Notes: a model not told the origin generated them from the sequence alone. 64,000 nt of DNA from an uncultured Planctomycetaceae bacterium (GCA_963833985.1 CAWIAD010000002.1:5152001-5216000), one strand, 5' to 3'; shown: positions 41,320 through 53,183, counted from the first letter of the stretch. Made by a program: numbers and translations.

Positions 41320-44300
41320 CTACTTCCGCAAACTTTCGATGGCCTCATCGAGCCTGGTGCGAAAAGCCGACCAGTCCGATATGGGCAACAGTGCCTCATG
41401 GTCGCGCTGGCCGAGGTGGAACAGCTTCATGCGGCCGTCAATCAGGGCCCGGCCCGTTCGCGCGGCCGGCGCAGTCGGGATGCACCTTCACCAGCCGCTC
41501 CAGCGTGATCAAGCGGCGGTAGTCGTCCAGGCCTTCGCGCAGCCGCTCGAACTCGACCGACGGGATCAGGCCACCGTCGGGCGCGGCGCTGCACCAGGCG
41601 TAATCGTCCTCGCGGCAATCGAGGGCGTAGTACGGGTCTCCGGCGGCGGCGTTCCAGTGCCAGGAGGTCCGGAACTTCATGCCGAACTCGCGGACGGCCT
41701 TGTACATATAAATCCCATACGTCCAGCGGTCGCCTCCGTTATAGAAGGCCCAATCGCTGCCCGCGGCGTGCAGCAGCGCCACGCCGGGCTCGTCGTGGCC
41801 GTTCCAGCTCACCACGTGCAGGGCTTTCGAGAGCCGGAAGTGGGGGTTGTTCGGGTCGTTGCCGGTGAAGCTGCTGGCGCCCGTGAAGCAGGGCGGTCCT
41901 CCGGGAAAGGCACGGCGGTACGCCTCGGCATTCTCGGCCGCGCGGATGGTGTCGTCGCCCAGGGGTTCGTCGGCCAGGTTGTAGTAAACGGGAATCCAGC
42001 CGTTGTGCTGCGCGTGCGCCTGCACGGCGCCGTAGACCGCGACCAGGAAGGCCGAGTACTCCTGGAACCCGGCGGCCGCCATCGCGCTCTTGTCCTCGAA
42101 GTACGGCTCGAAGCCGGACACGCCTCCGCCGTAGGAGGTCACGGCCAGGAAGCCAAGGTCTCTGGCCAGCTTCATCTGCCTGTCAGCCGTGCTGAAGTCC
42201 ATCACGGGTCGGCCGTTCTTGAAGCCCTGGTACGCCAGGCGCGGCAGGCCGGTGCACGCGGTGAAGCCGTACTCGCGCATCGCCCGCAGGCTCTGCTCGA
42301 GCATGCGCTCGTTGTACCTTGCCGCGCCCGGGTCGTCGTCGAACCAGGGCATGCCGAGCGAGTGTCCGAACGGGCCAGCCGGGACGTCGAGCGGGTCCAG
42401 CGTACCGGCCCGGACGCGGAACTCGAGGGGGACCTGATCGATGCGCCCGCTGGCGGTTTGAATCGACAGCGTTCCGCGGTAGTCGCCCGGCCGGGCGCTG
42501 GGCGGTGCGTGCACCGTCAGCCAGAATCTCCGGGTCAGCCCGGGGGCGACGCGCGCCGACCCGCCCGCCATGACCAGCCGCGGCTGGATGGTGTACACGG
42601 CCCCGTCGGCGGTGACGCGGGTGATGCGGTTCGAGACGTGGCCGAGCCTGATGGAAGGCGACGGCAGCGTGCCCGCCGGACCGGCAAGGTCGCTGACGGT
42701 GAGCTTGACCGTTCCCAGGTCGGCCAGCGGACAGATCGACAAGGTGAGCGGCTCGTACTCACCCGCGAAGGCGCTGCCGTGCAGGACCTGAACCACCTCG
42801 CGCTGTAAGGGCGTATCGTTGTACGAGACGTCTTCCATGGGATCGCGCTGGAAGAGCACGAATCCCCGCTGGCGGTCCTCAGCCGTCGGCTTCAGCGGGT
42901 CGCCGTGCGGCAGGGGCAAGACGCGCTTGAAGGCGTTGTTGAAGTAGAACCTGCGCTTCGCCTCCACGTAACGCAGGAACGCGTTGCCCTGCTCGGCTTT
43001 CGTGACCGGGAAAATGATCACGGCCGATACGCAGCAGGCCCAGTTCTCTCCCTGGAAATCCAGGTTCAACTGACCGTCGGTGACCTCGACGTCGAACCGC
43101 TTCTCGCTGAAGTAGGTCTTCTGGTACTTGTCGAACGTGTTGTCGCCGGCAAGGTCCTCGACGTTCCAGTAGCGGAAGTACTTCGTACGGAACGAGTCGA
43201 AATTCATCGTCCCGGCCACGACGGGCTTTCCCTCGGCCAGGATCGCTCGATTGCGGTACTTCTGGTATTCGCCCCAGAAGCCCGAGGGGCTGTCGATGTT
43301 CACGAATACGCGGTACTTGCCTGCTGGCAAGTCGACGGCCATGCCGCCGGATTCGATGCAGAGAAAATCCTGATAGAGCGGGTCCGGCTGGAGAGCGTCG
43401 AAGGCGCGCCAGACCCTGGCGTTCTTCAGCCCGTAGCCACGGCCCCGGCTGTACAGGGTCGCTGGCGAGACCTGTGTGAAGCCTTCCATCACCGGGCTCG
43501 TGCTGGTGCCGAGGTCGAATGCGAACAGGCCGTCGAAGGCGGCCCGCCGCGGCGATTCGTCCCGCTCCAATCGCAGGTTGTCCAGGTACAGGGGTGCCGG
43601 CGGCTGATCGCTGATCGAGAGCACGAGCCGGGTGACGTGCGCCAGATCGAGCATCCGTCCCGGGCGCGATTTCTCGCCGACATAGAGCTGCTTGACCGGG
43701 ATGACGAGTGTGCTCTTCCCCGGAGGCACGACCGTGGAATGATTCACCCGCGTCCAGTAATCGCGCGTGGCGGCGTCCCGGATCTCCACATACAGATCCA
43801 GCGGTCTGGCCGCGGCGGTGTACAGATCGGCCTTGAGGAAATCATAGCCGTGCCAGTCCTGGGGCTCTTCCAGGCTGGCGAACGAGCGATCAATGCGCAG
43901 CGCCCGTCGGCCTGCGCTGGCGTGCTCGGCGACAAGGGTCCCTCCGGAGAACGGATTGCGATCCTCGAACGAAGCGACGACTTTCAGCCTGGGGCCCGCG
44001 GTAGCCCGCACCTGCGCGACCATCGCCGCCCCGCAGGCGTAGCAGCGTCCGCCGGCTGCATTGTTGCGGTACCCGCACTCGGAGCAACGAACCGCGCTGG
44101 CCGCGATCTCGTCGCGCGGCGCGATCGGCGTTTCTTCTGCTCCCAGCACCGGCACCGCAGTCAGCGGCACGTCGTCGCCAACCTGCTCCAACGACACGTC
44201 GTCGATCCAGAAGTACCCTGGAGCCATCAGTCCGAACGACGGCCCAGCCTTCTTCTTCTCGGTGATCTGCGCCACGTAACTCAGCCTGGTCCAGCCAAAT

Positions 44301-44698
44301 GTTCCATTCTTATTCAACTGAATATACTTATCATCGAACATGAACTCGGTGGTGAAATGATAGGTCCCCGTGCCGATATCAAGGCCCCGGAGGTAGGCCG
44401 TCACCCGGTATCGCCCCGGGGGAATCTCGACGTTCTGCGCGACCCGGATCTTGGCGTTCATCCCGCCGTGGAGCAGGCAGGAGTGCTTTCCGGTATGGGC
44501 CACGTCGCCAACCCGGAACTCGCAGTCCCCCTCATACTTCCACCCCCCCCACCTGGCGAAGACCAGGCCGAACTGGTCCTTGCTTTTGGTGATCTCAAAG
44601 GAGGAGTCAGCGAGCAGGTTGCCGCCTTCGGCGTTGCACGCCCCCGAGATGGTCATGAGTGCGGCGGTAAGAAACCACAGCAGTTTCGGGCTGCGCAT
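41320..44698 (-). CDS. Large secreted multi-CBM glycoside-hydrolase-like protein; frameshift near 41460
   Basis: GGAG RBS, signal peptide, CBM-like 'GNLLADSSFE...WIDDVSL' and 'LYLDNLRL' domains, catalytic-like 'LADEP' and 'ERLREGLDDYR'. The alternative frame ends ...AIESLRK* at 41320. Confidence 0.65.
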
Positions 44699-44749
44699 CG
44701 TGGAATCTCCAGAAACGCGGTGACGTCGGTAATCGGCGGTGATGAGCAT

Positions 44750-44875
44750 CCGCCCATGGCGGTGGCGTTGATGGCGTTCGCACGCAGGTTAAGCACGACC
44801 CGGTTCACCTCTCCAGGGTAGCACAGCAGCGAGGGCAATGATTCAAGCTTCTCGACCAGCATGACGTTCTCTTCT
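44750..44875 (-). pseudogene. Short remnant of a histidine-kinase HATPase_c domain
   Basis: 'LESLPSLLCYPGEVNRVVLNLRANAINA..GG' matches the N-box region; no other kinase sequence is present. Confidence 0.45.
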
Positions 44876-45132
44876 CGCTGGCGCCGAACCGGGGTTTTTG
44901 ACCGTCGAGCGGATCCCATCGTCGGGGTCCGTCTCGATCCGCGCGGGGACCGGCATGACACCGGCGGCAAGACCCGCGCGTCCGCGGCCCACGGCCTCGC
45001 ACCGGCTGCTGCGCCCTCTACAAACCAGCCTCCTCTCGCTAGTGTAAGGTGCCTCCGAGTGGGTCAGGCTCGGATCGCCGTGCGAGCAATCGCCATGGCC
45101 GCAAACGTGTCGGAGCCCTGGAAGGACGCATC

Positions 45133-47004
45133 ATGCCGCTCTCCGATTATCTGTTCGGCAGGCCTCTGGCCACCTATGAAGAGGGCGAGCAACGGGTTGG
45201 GGTGATTGCCGGCATTCCGATGCTTGGACTCGACGCACTGGGGTCTGCCGCTTACGGCCCCGAAGCTGCGCTCACGCTCCTCATCCCGCTGGGCGCCGCC
45301 GGACTGGGATACATCGGTCCCATCAGCACACTGATCATCCTGATCCTGCTGGTGGTTTACGTCTCGTACCGGCAAACGATCGGGGCCTATCCGCTTGGCG
45401 GCGGATCCTACACCGTGGCACGCGAGAACCTGGGTCAGGTGCCTGGCCTGCTGGCGGCGGCGGCGCTGATGCTCGACTACGTGCTGGTGGTCGCCGTGGG
45501 CATCTCGGCCGGCGTGGGAGCGCTGGTCTCCGCGATCACGGCCCTCCAGCCGTACACGCTGCCTCTCTGCCTGGCGATTCTGGCTCTGCTCACGCTCGTC
45601 AACCTGCGCGGCGTGCGCGAATCCGGAGTGGCGTTCGTCTTCCCGACGTACCTGTTCATCGTCAGCTTGCTGGCCGTGCTGGGCATCGGTCTGCTCAAGA
45701 CGATCGCGGCCGGCGGCCATCCCGCGCCCCTGGAGCCGCCCGCACCCCTGCCGGAACCGCGGGTGGCCGCCGGTCTCTGGATTCTGATGCGCGCCTTCGC
45801 CAGCGGCTGCACCGCCATGACCGGCGTCGAGGCCGTCAGCAACGGCGTGACGGCGTTCCAGGAGCCGGCCGTGCCACATGCCCGCAAGACGCTCACGGTC
45901 ATCATCGTGGTCCTGGCGGTCATGCTGGCCGGCATCGCCTTTCTGTGCCGGGCGTACGGCATCGGCGCCACCGAGCCCGGCCAGGCCGGCTACCAGAGCA
46001 TCCTCTCGCAGCTTACCGGTGCAGTCGTGGGGCGGGGCGTCTTCTACTACATCACCATCGGCGCGGTGCTCTGCGTGCTGGCCCTCTCGGCGAACACCGG
46101 ATTCGCCGACTTCCCCCGTCTTTGCCGTATCGTGGCCCAGGACGGATACATGCCTCGAAGCTTCGCCCACCGCGGCCGGCGCCTCGTCTACTCGCACGGC
46201 ATCCTCGTCCTGGCCGGACTGTCCGCCGGCCTGCTGGTCGGCTTCGGCGGCATCACCGATCGGCTCATCCCGCTCTTCGCCGTCGGCGCGTTCCTGGCCT
46301 TCACGCTCTCGCAGGCCGGCATGGTGGTGCACTGGAGGCGAGTGGGTGGTCCGCACGCCAGCAAGTCGATGGCCATCAATGCCACGGGCGCAGTGTGCAC
46401 GGGCGTCACGCTCATCGTCGTTCTCGTTTCCAAGTTCGCCGAGGGAGCCTGGGTGATGATCTTGCTCATCCCGGGGCTGATCCTGCTGTTCACGAGCGTG
46501 CACCGCCACTACCAGTCGGTAGGCCGCCAGCTTGCCAGCAACGAACCGCTCGACGTCCAGGGATTGCAGCCGCCCGTCGTCCTGTTGCCGGTCGGCGGCT
46601 GGAGCACCATCACGCGCAGGGCCATGCGGTTCGCGCTCGAGCTCTCGCCGGACGTGTGCGCACTGCATATCGCCGGCGATGAGCATGCCATGCTGGCCCT
46701 TGAGGACGGCTGGAAGACCCTGGTGGTGGACCCGGTCAAGGCGGCCGGACGAGCTGCCCCCAGGTTGTTCGTCGTTTACTCCCCCTACCGCCGGCTTTAC
46801 TCCCCGCTTAAGGACGCCGTCACCGAGCTGCGCAACGCCCACCCCGAGCGCGACATCGCCGTGATCATCCCGCAGCTCATGGGCACTCGCTGGTACCACG
46901 TCCTGCTGCACAACCAGACGGGCATCCTGTTCGAGGCCTATCTCCGGCTCAGCGGCTTCAACCGGGTGATCGTGATCAACGTGCCGTGGTACCTGAAGGA
47001 GTGA
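45133..47004 (+). CDS. APC family permease (YdaO/KimA-like)
   Basis: 'LFGRPL', 'DALGSAAYGPE', 'AYPLGGGSY', 'TGVEAVSNG', 'LIPLFAVG', 'LLHNQT'. Confidence 0.85.
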   Translation: MPLSDYLFGRPLATYEEGEQRVGVIAGIPMLGLDALGSAAYGPEAALTLLIPLGAAGLGYIGPISTLIILILLVVYVSYRQTIGAYPLGGGSYTVARENLGQVPGLLAAAALMLDYVLVVAVGISAGVGALVSAITALQPYTLPLCLAILALLTLVNLRGVRESGVAFVFPTYLFIVSLLAVLGIGLLKTIAAGGHPAPLEPPAPLPEPRVAAGLWILMRAFASGCTAMTGVEAVSNGVTAFQEPAVPHARKTLTVIIVVLAVMLAGIAFLCRAYGIGATEPGQAGYQSILSQLTGAVVGRGVFYYITIGAVLCVLALSANTGFADFPRLCRIVAQDGYMPRSFAHRGRRLVYSHGILVLAGLSAGLLVGFGGITDRLIPLFAVGAFLAFTLSQAGMVVHWRRVGGPHASKSMAINATGAVCTGVTLIVVLVSKFAEGAWVMILLIPGLILLFTSVHRHYQSVGRQLASNEPLDVQGLQPPVVLLPVGGWSTITRRAMRFALELSPDVCALHIAGDEHAMLALEDGWKTLVVDPVKAAGRAAPRLFVVYSPYRRLYSPLKDAVTELRNAHPERDIAVIIPQLMGTRWYHVLLHNQTGILFEAYLRLSGFNRVIVINVPWYLKE

Positions 47005-47169
47005 ACCACATCGCGACGCGGTCGATTCGAGAACAAATCGCACCGGGACGGCGTACTTGCGAGAAATCGCGCGTGCAGTCTGATGATGCGCACCTCTTCC
47101 ACGTCATAATGAGGGAAGCCTCATCATCGCTGGTCACTGAATCGTCCTTCCACGCGAAGACGGAACGCC

Positions 47170-48139
47170 ATGAAACGACACTTCACCCTGAGCGTCTTGC
47201 TGGTCGCGCCCATCCTCGGCTGCTCCGACGCCCGCTATGTCGGGGAGGAGTACTCCAATAAGTCTGCGGAGCCACTCGCGACGACTGCGCCAGCGGGCGT
47301 GGTGCCGCGCAGTGAAGCTGCTCGGGCAGCGGTTCCCTCTACCGTCACGGCCGGGATGATGGGAACCATGGGCACCGCCTTCCAGGCTCCCGCAGGCACG
47401 CCCGCGCTGGCGCAGGATCATCTACGACGGTGACATCGCATTGATTGTCAGGGACGTGGACGCGACCGCCCGAAAAGTATCAACCTTCATTCAAGAGGCT
47501 CGCGGCTACGTCGCCGAGCAGAGCACGACCGGCTCACCCGGATCGCAGCGGTCCATGCACTGGAAGCTCCGCGTGCCCGTCGAGCAGTTTGAACCGCTCG
47601 TGCAAAACGTGCTGGCCCTGGGCGAGATCGAGAAGAACCAGCGAACCTCGCAAGACGTCACCGAGCAGTACTACGACATCGAGGCCCGCATCAGGAACAA
47701 GAAGTCCGAGGAGAAATCGCTCACCAAGATCCTCGACGAGCGCACCGGCAAGCTGGAAGACGTGCTCCGCATCGAGGCGGAGCTGAGCCGCGTCCGAGGC
47801 GAGATCGAACAGCTCGAGGGCAGGATGCGCGTGCTCGAGAATCTCTCGTCCCTGGCCACGCTGAACGTGAGCATCCGCGAACGCGAGAAGTTCGAGCCGC
47901 CGCCCCCCGCCGTGGCCGACTTCCCCACTCAGGTCTCCCGCACCTGGGAAAGCTCGTTGCACGGCCTGATCGATCTTGGCAAAGGCGTGATTCTGTGGGC
48001 CGTGAACTGGGTGCCCTGGATTCCGCTCCTGATCCTCGGTGCATTCCTCGCGTGGATCGTGCTGCGCGTTTTGATCAGGCTTCTCCCCAGGCTGATCGCT
48101 CTGGCGAACACGCCCATCACACCGCCGCGGCCCCGGTGA
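47170..48139 (+). CDS. DUF4349 domain lipoprotein; frameshift near 47413
   Basis: Lipobox-like ILGC; 'LRVPVEQF', 'DVTEQYYDIEARI', 'IEAELSRVRGEIEQLEG'; C-terminal TM helix. Confidence 0.8.
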
Positions 48140-48201
48140 CACCAGGCAGCCCGCGGCGGGTCAGCCGAAAGGGGGCCCACCGCGGCGCCGGGCGCCGCCG
48201 A

Positions 48202-49453
48202 TCAAGCCAGCCGTCGATCCACTTCGGGGAGCAGCCGGGCGAAATCAAGATGATTGGGGCAGGCCTGGCGAGCAGCCTCCAGGTCGGCACCCGACCAGTC
48301 GCGAGCCTCGGCAGAAAGCTTGTCGTAGCGCTGCTTCGCCTCGGTGCGCAGGCCGTGGTGGTCGTGATAGGTAAGAAAGCGGGTCAGGCTGCCGAGCTCG
48401 GCCCTGGTGCCGGCGGCCTCCGAGCAGCGGCCGTCGCAATCGGCGCAGAGTGTGGGGCCGGAGGCCAGCACCGCCTCGCGGAGCTGGCGGAGATCGGCCG
48501 CCTTCACCGGCTCGAATCGACGGGCCGCGTCGGCATTGATCCGCAGGTGATCGGTGTTGTTCATCGACACGCACGCAGAGCTGATGCGCTCGTCGGTCCA
48601 GATCGCGTGCAGCAGACCCTGGAACGGGGTGAGCTTGCGTTCGGCCAGCATCGGCACCTTGCGCGTCACCTCGTCGAGGATATTCCCCTTGTTCTCGCCA
48701 ATGCGGAACTGGCCGGCGATCTGTTTCATCGAGATCAGCCCGATTCCCCTCTTCCAGCAGGCGTCGAGCCCGGTTGAGCGGCGCATCCTTGTCCAGCCAG
48801 GGGGTGTAGGCGACCATGATGGCGTCGACGATCCCTCCCTCGGCGGCCGCCTGGAGGATCTGGGCGCGGTTCTTGTGGTGCGTGGAGATACCCACGAACC
48901 GTGCCTTGCCCGACTTGCGGACGGCGTCGACCGCCTCCTTGAACTCGCGGCTCTTGACGAAGTGAATGGCGTCGTCGAGCGAATGGTTGTCGCCGAAGCT
49001 GTGGATGAAGAACAGGTCCAGGTAATCCGTCCCCATGTTCGCCAGCCGCTGGTCCAGCTTGTTCATGATCTCCGCGGGCGTTTGCGGCAGGTCCTTGGTG
49101 ACCACGAACACCTGCTTCCGCACCGCCGGCTCCTGCTGGAACCAGAGCTTGAAGTCGGGCTCGGACTGGTAGCGTTCCGAGGTGTCGAAGCAGCGAATCC
49201 CCTGCGAGTACGCGTAGCGGAGAATGCGCTGAATGCCCGCGCCCCGGCCCGTCCCGGCGTTCAGGATGGTGATCTCCGCGCCCGTCTTGCCCAGCGGCCT
49301 TCTGGGAATGGAGAGTCCCTTGGCGGCCTCCGGCACCTGGGCTTGGGCGTCAGCGCCCTTCCCCAGAGTGGCGGCCGAGGCGGCCGCGGCCGCCATGGCT
49401 CCGGCCTGCAAGAACGAGCGTCGATCGGTGCTGCTGCACGGTTCGGTGGACAT
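48202..49453 (-). CDS. Aldo/keto reductase with Tat-like leader and Cys-rich C-terminus; frameshift near 48773
   Basis: DRRSFL; 'RRPLGKTG', 'FDTSERY', 'TDYLDLFFIH', 'GIGLISMK'; CADCDGRC...CP. Confidence 0.8.
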
Positions 49454-49561
49454 GGCGGTTGGTTCTCCCCACTCGAGGACGGCTGGAACCGGAAATGCAG
49501 TGATTGTTCTCTCCAGGATCGTAACCACCCCGATGGCGGTTTCCAAGCCGTATCGAGCGCG

Positions 49562-50815
49562 CTACCGCACCCCGGCCGGGCCGGGCATCTCGGCGCGGGT
49601 GTCTTCGATGATCACGGAGAGCAATTCCAGCGCGCACCGGCGCACGCTGGGGTCGCCGTCGCCAAGCTGCCGGATCAATCCCGGAGTCACCTTCGCCTTG
49701 TGCTTGAGCTTTTGCAGCAGGTCCATACGCCACTCCATCGGCTGGGACTTGTCGGCGACCGTCTCGATCATCTCCGCGACGAGGCGAGGATTCTGCGACT
49801 CAAATCCTTCCGTCCCCTCCGCGGCCGGGCCCAGCCCGTCGGGCGAGGCCACAAGCTGGTCCTCGCGGATCGCCAGGATCGCACGCACGGCCGATGCACG
49901 CTTGCCGGGATTGGGATCGTCGAGTAGCGTCTGGAGCGCGGGTACGGTGGACTGGGCGAGTCGGCCAGCCTCGCACAGCGCGGCCAGAGCGCTGGCCCGT
50001 ACCATCTCGTCACCATGGGAGAGCAGCTTCACCAGCGAGGTCAGACCCGTATTGCGCGTCTGGTCGTCCGCTTGTTGCAGCAGCTTGAGCGCAGACCCCC
50101 GATCGACGAGCGGCTCCGGATCGGCGAGAAGTCCGAGCAAGATGGCCGCGGCCGTGCGGTCCTTCGGTCCGCTGATTTTCATCAACGCCCGTGCGATCTC
50201 CAGCCGCACGTCCCGCTCGGAATCGCCGGCCGCAGCGATCAGCAGGGGCGGCACCGACGGGTCGAACCCGCCATGCCCGAGCGCCTCGGCGGCAACGCCG
50301 CGCACGCCGCTGACAGGGTCCTTGAGCAGGTGATCCAGGACGGCGACGCATTTGTCCTTTTGAAAACTCGCCGGGCTCCTCTGGCTGTCAGCCGTCGAGC
50401 GAACCTCGTGGCCCAGGCGGGCGAGGACCTCGCCCAGGATGCGCGCGGCCTCGGCCCGCACCTCGCCCTTTTCATCCGCTGCGGCCGCCGAGAGCGCGGC
50501 AACCAGTGGTTCCAGGTCCGTATTCCTCCCGGCCAGGACCCGGCAGGCCTCGAGCCGCACCTCCGTGCTGGGGTCGTCCACCGCCTGGACCAGCAGCCTG
50601 GTGACGAACGGGGCATGCTCCCGCTCGAGCATCTTCAGCACGCTCTGCCGGTGCTTGTCGTCCCGGCTTCGCATCGCCTGCTGGTAGTTCCGCTCTTCGA
50701 GCCAGCTCTGCACCCTGGGCGTGAAGATCTCGATCCCCGAGTACAGCCCCACCAGCGCCCAGGCCAGCAAGGTCGCGAAGGTGAGCGGCCCAAAAATTCT
50801 CTTGCGCCGGGACAT
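49562..50815 (-). CDS. Membrane-anchored HEAT-repeat protein
   Basis: N-terminal TM helix; repeated D....VR..AA..L motifs. Confidence 0.75.
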   Translation of the reverse strand: MSRRKRIFGPLTFATLLAWALVGLYSGIEIFTPRVQSWLEERNYQQAMRSRDDKHRQSVLKMLEREHAPFVTRLLVQAVDDPSTEVRLEACRVLAGRNTDLEPLVAALSAAAADEKGEVRAEAARILGEVLARLGHEVRSTADSQRSPASFQKDKCVAVLDHLLKDPVSGVRGVAAEALGHGGFDPSVPPLLIAAAGDSERDVRLEIARALMKISGPKDRTAAAILLGLLADPEPLVDRGSALKLLQQADDQTRNTGLTSLVKLLSHGDEMVRASALAALCEAGRLAQSTVPALQTLLDDPNPGKRASAVRAILAIREDQLVASPDGLGPAAEGTEGFESQNPRLVAEMIETVADKSQPMEWRMDLLQKLKHKAKVTPGLIRQLGDGDPSVRRCALELLSVIIEDTRAEMPGPAGVR

Positions 50816-51184
50816 GAACAGCCCCCTGATCTTGCCGGTTGGCACGACCCGCGAACGACCGGAACTCCTTCTATCTTGCCATGAATCCGACAAGTGTACA
50901 AGGCGAGGGTGGATGACCCGGGAGAAATGGCCCGGCAGGCTGAAAAGCCAGCGAGGGACCGGCGGAAGCACGCGAAGCGTGGCCATCCGCCGGTCCCTCG
51001 GGTGTGGTGTCTTCCTTGAAATTGTGGTGCGCCGGGGGCCGGCGCTTCGTGATGAAGCGCGGTACCGTGTTGATTCAAGCGGCGCCGGAAAGCCGGTGAC
51101 CTTCGTGCGGGATCGGTTCCCTGTTGCTTCGAAAACACGATATGGGGCGCGAACGAAAGGCGGCTCAGCGCGAGACGCGCGGCC

Positions 51185-51319
51185 TCATTCGAGATCGCCT
51201 TGCAAGCTGCCCGCCGGCGCGGAAGTGCTGGAAGCGGAAAACATCCCGGTCATGGAGATCACCGGCAGCATGCAGAGCGCAGGGACGACAGTGGTGGGCA
51301 GCCAGTAAAGAAAAATCAT
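51185..51319 (-). CDS. Possible 44-aa small hydrophobic protein
   Basis: GGAG RBS upstream of ATG; MIFLYWLPTTVVPALCMLPVISMTGMF... Confidence 0.25.
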   Translation of the reverse strand: MIFLYWLPTTVVPALCMLPVISMTGMFSASSTSAPAGSLQGDLE

Positions 51320-51895
51320 TCGACTCGCTCTCCTGGGTTTCAGAGCGGGGCGCACACGAGCCCCATGAGAAATCCACCCGGCGAACGCAGCAAAGACCAT
51401 GCCCGTAAGGTATTGTGCATGTGCGACATCGGTCACGCGGAGCGTGGTGATCTCGTGTGCTCGCTTGAGTTAAGAACCGGAGCGTTGATTTTTTGGGACG
51501 ACCTTATTCTGAAGTTACTTTCATCATCCGCTCATTTTTTCAGCCATACTGGCATACGATATGTCATTCTGACATCTCATAAAGGCACTCGCGACGGGAA
51601 GCCAGGTTCACACTTTTCGCGATCACTGCCGGGACTTCCAGTCCGTAGCACGTCATTCATCTCACGAAACTTGCTCCGACATCAAGAGCGTGGAGCACTG
51701 CGGGAGCGCAGCCGCGAAACGGCCTTGCGCTTGGTTTGAGAAAGCTCTCGCCTCAGCGTCAAATTGTGAGCGGTTCTAAGGAACAGTCCCGCCGTCCGTC
51801 AAACCAGTTGCTGGCGCAGTTCTTCTCGAGTCGCGCGTGCGCCGTGGGTGGCGCGGCGCGGTAAGCGACACTGCCTTGCCATCGGGAGACAACTG

Positions 51896-53071
51896 ATGCA
51901 ACGGGCTCAGAGGATTCTTGCGTGCGCGGCGATCTTGTTCGCACCGCCGGCCGTCCTGGCCCAGGACAACCCCGCCGCACGGGTCAAAGATGTTGCCGGC
52001 GGCAAAGCAGTGATTGAGCTGGTCTTCGTGATCGACACCACCGGTTCCATGGGCGGCCTGATCGAGGGAGCCAAGCAGAAAGTCTGGAGCATCGTCAACG
52101 AGGTCATGCAGACGCCCTCGAAGCCGGAAGTACGCATGGGCCTGGTTGCTTTTCGGGACCACGGCGATGCCTACGTCACACAGGTTACCCCAATTACCCG
52201 CAATCTCGACAGCGTCTACAACACGCTCATGGCGTACAGGGCCGAAGGAGGAGGCGACGGACCGGAGGACGTCCGACAGGCGCTCGCCGACGGCGTTCAC
52301 AAGGTGGGATGGTCGCCTCGCTCCGCCAGCGTCGCCCAGATCCTCTTTCTGGTCGGCGACGCACCCCCCCACGACGACTACGGCAACGAGCCCGACACGG
52401 TCGCCTCCGCGCTCCAAGCCGTGCAGGCTGGGATCCTCGTCAATACCATCCAGTGCGGCAGCATGCAGGGCACGGACACGGCCTGGAAGAGGATCAGCCA
52501 GGCGGGCGAAGGCCAGTACTTCGCGATCGCTCAGCAGGGAGGCGTCGTGGCCATCACCACACCATTCGACGCCGAACTCTCCCGGCTCGGGACGAGCGTG
52601 GGTAGGACCTACATGGCCTATGGCGGCGGGATGATGATGATGGGCGGTGCAGCCTTCCGGCAGGGCAAGCTCGAAGACCAGAAGAGAATGGAAGCCACGA
52701 TCGCCAAGGACGCCCCGGCGGCCGCTCAGGCCGACCGTGCCTACAACAAGGCCATCAACGCCCGTGCTTATGACGACAGCGACCTGATCCAGGGCGTCGA
52801 GAACGGGACCGTCAAGCTTGGCGCCCTGAAGACCAGCGAGCTGCCTGACGAACTCCAGAAGCTCACGGCCGAGGAGCGTCAGAAAGTCGTCGCCGAGAGG
52901 ATCGAGGAACGCGGGAAGATTCGCCTCCGGATCCTCGAACTCTCAAAGAAGCGCGAAGCGTTCATCCAGGAGGAAAGCAAGAAGCAATCGGCCCATCATC
53001 CTGCCGGGTTCGACGAGGCGGTCCGTGCGGCCCTCAAGCAGCAGATCGCTCGCACGGGGACCCATCCCTGA
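51896..53071 (+). CDS. Secreted von Willebrand factor A domain protein
   Basis: MIDAS 'DTTGSM', 'GGGDGPEDV', 'LVGDAPPH'; signal peptide. Confidence 0.85.
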   Translation: MQRAQRILACAAILFAPPAVLAQDNPAARVKDVAGGKAVIELVFVIDTTGSMGGLIEGAKQKVWSIVNEVMQTPSKPEVRMGLVAFRDHGDAYVTQVTPITRNLDSVYNTLMAYRAEGGGDGPEDVRQALADGVHKVGWSPRSASVAQILFLVGDAPPHDDYGNEPDTVASALQAVQAGILVNTIQCGSMQGTDTAWKRISQAGEGQYFAIAQQGGVVAITTPFDAELSRLGTSVGRTYMAYGGGMMMMGGAAFRQGKLEDQKRMEATIAKDAPAAAQADRAYNKAINARAYDDSDLIQGVENGTVKLGALKTSELPDELQKLTAEERQKVVAERIEERGKIRLRILELSKKREAFIQEESKKQSAHHPAGFDEAVRAALKQQIARTGTHP

Positions 53072-53183
53072 GCCGGGGACAGGGTGGCCAGCGTCGCAAT
53101 GACCGGGAACGACTTCCGCTTCAAAGTCGCATCGGCTACCTTGCCGTAATGGCTCGGAGACGGTTCGTGTTTGGAGGCTGGAG

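Noticed and set aside
44880..45132. Expected ydaO (c-di-AMP) riboswitch before the YdaO/KimA-like permease
   Set aside because: Conserved aptamer motifs (GCTGAATCC, GTCAGCTAAC) are not visible.
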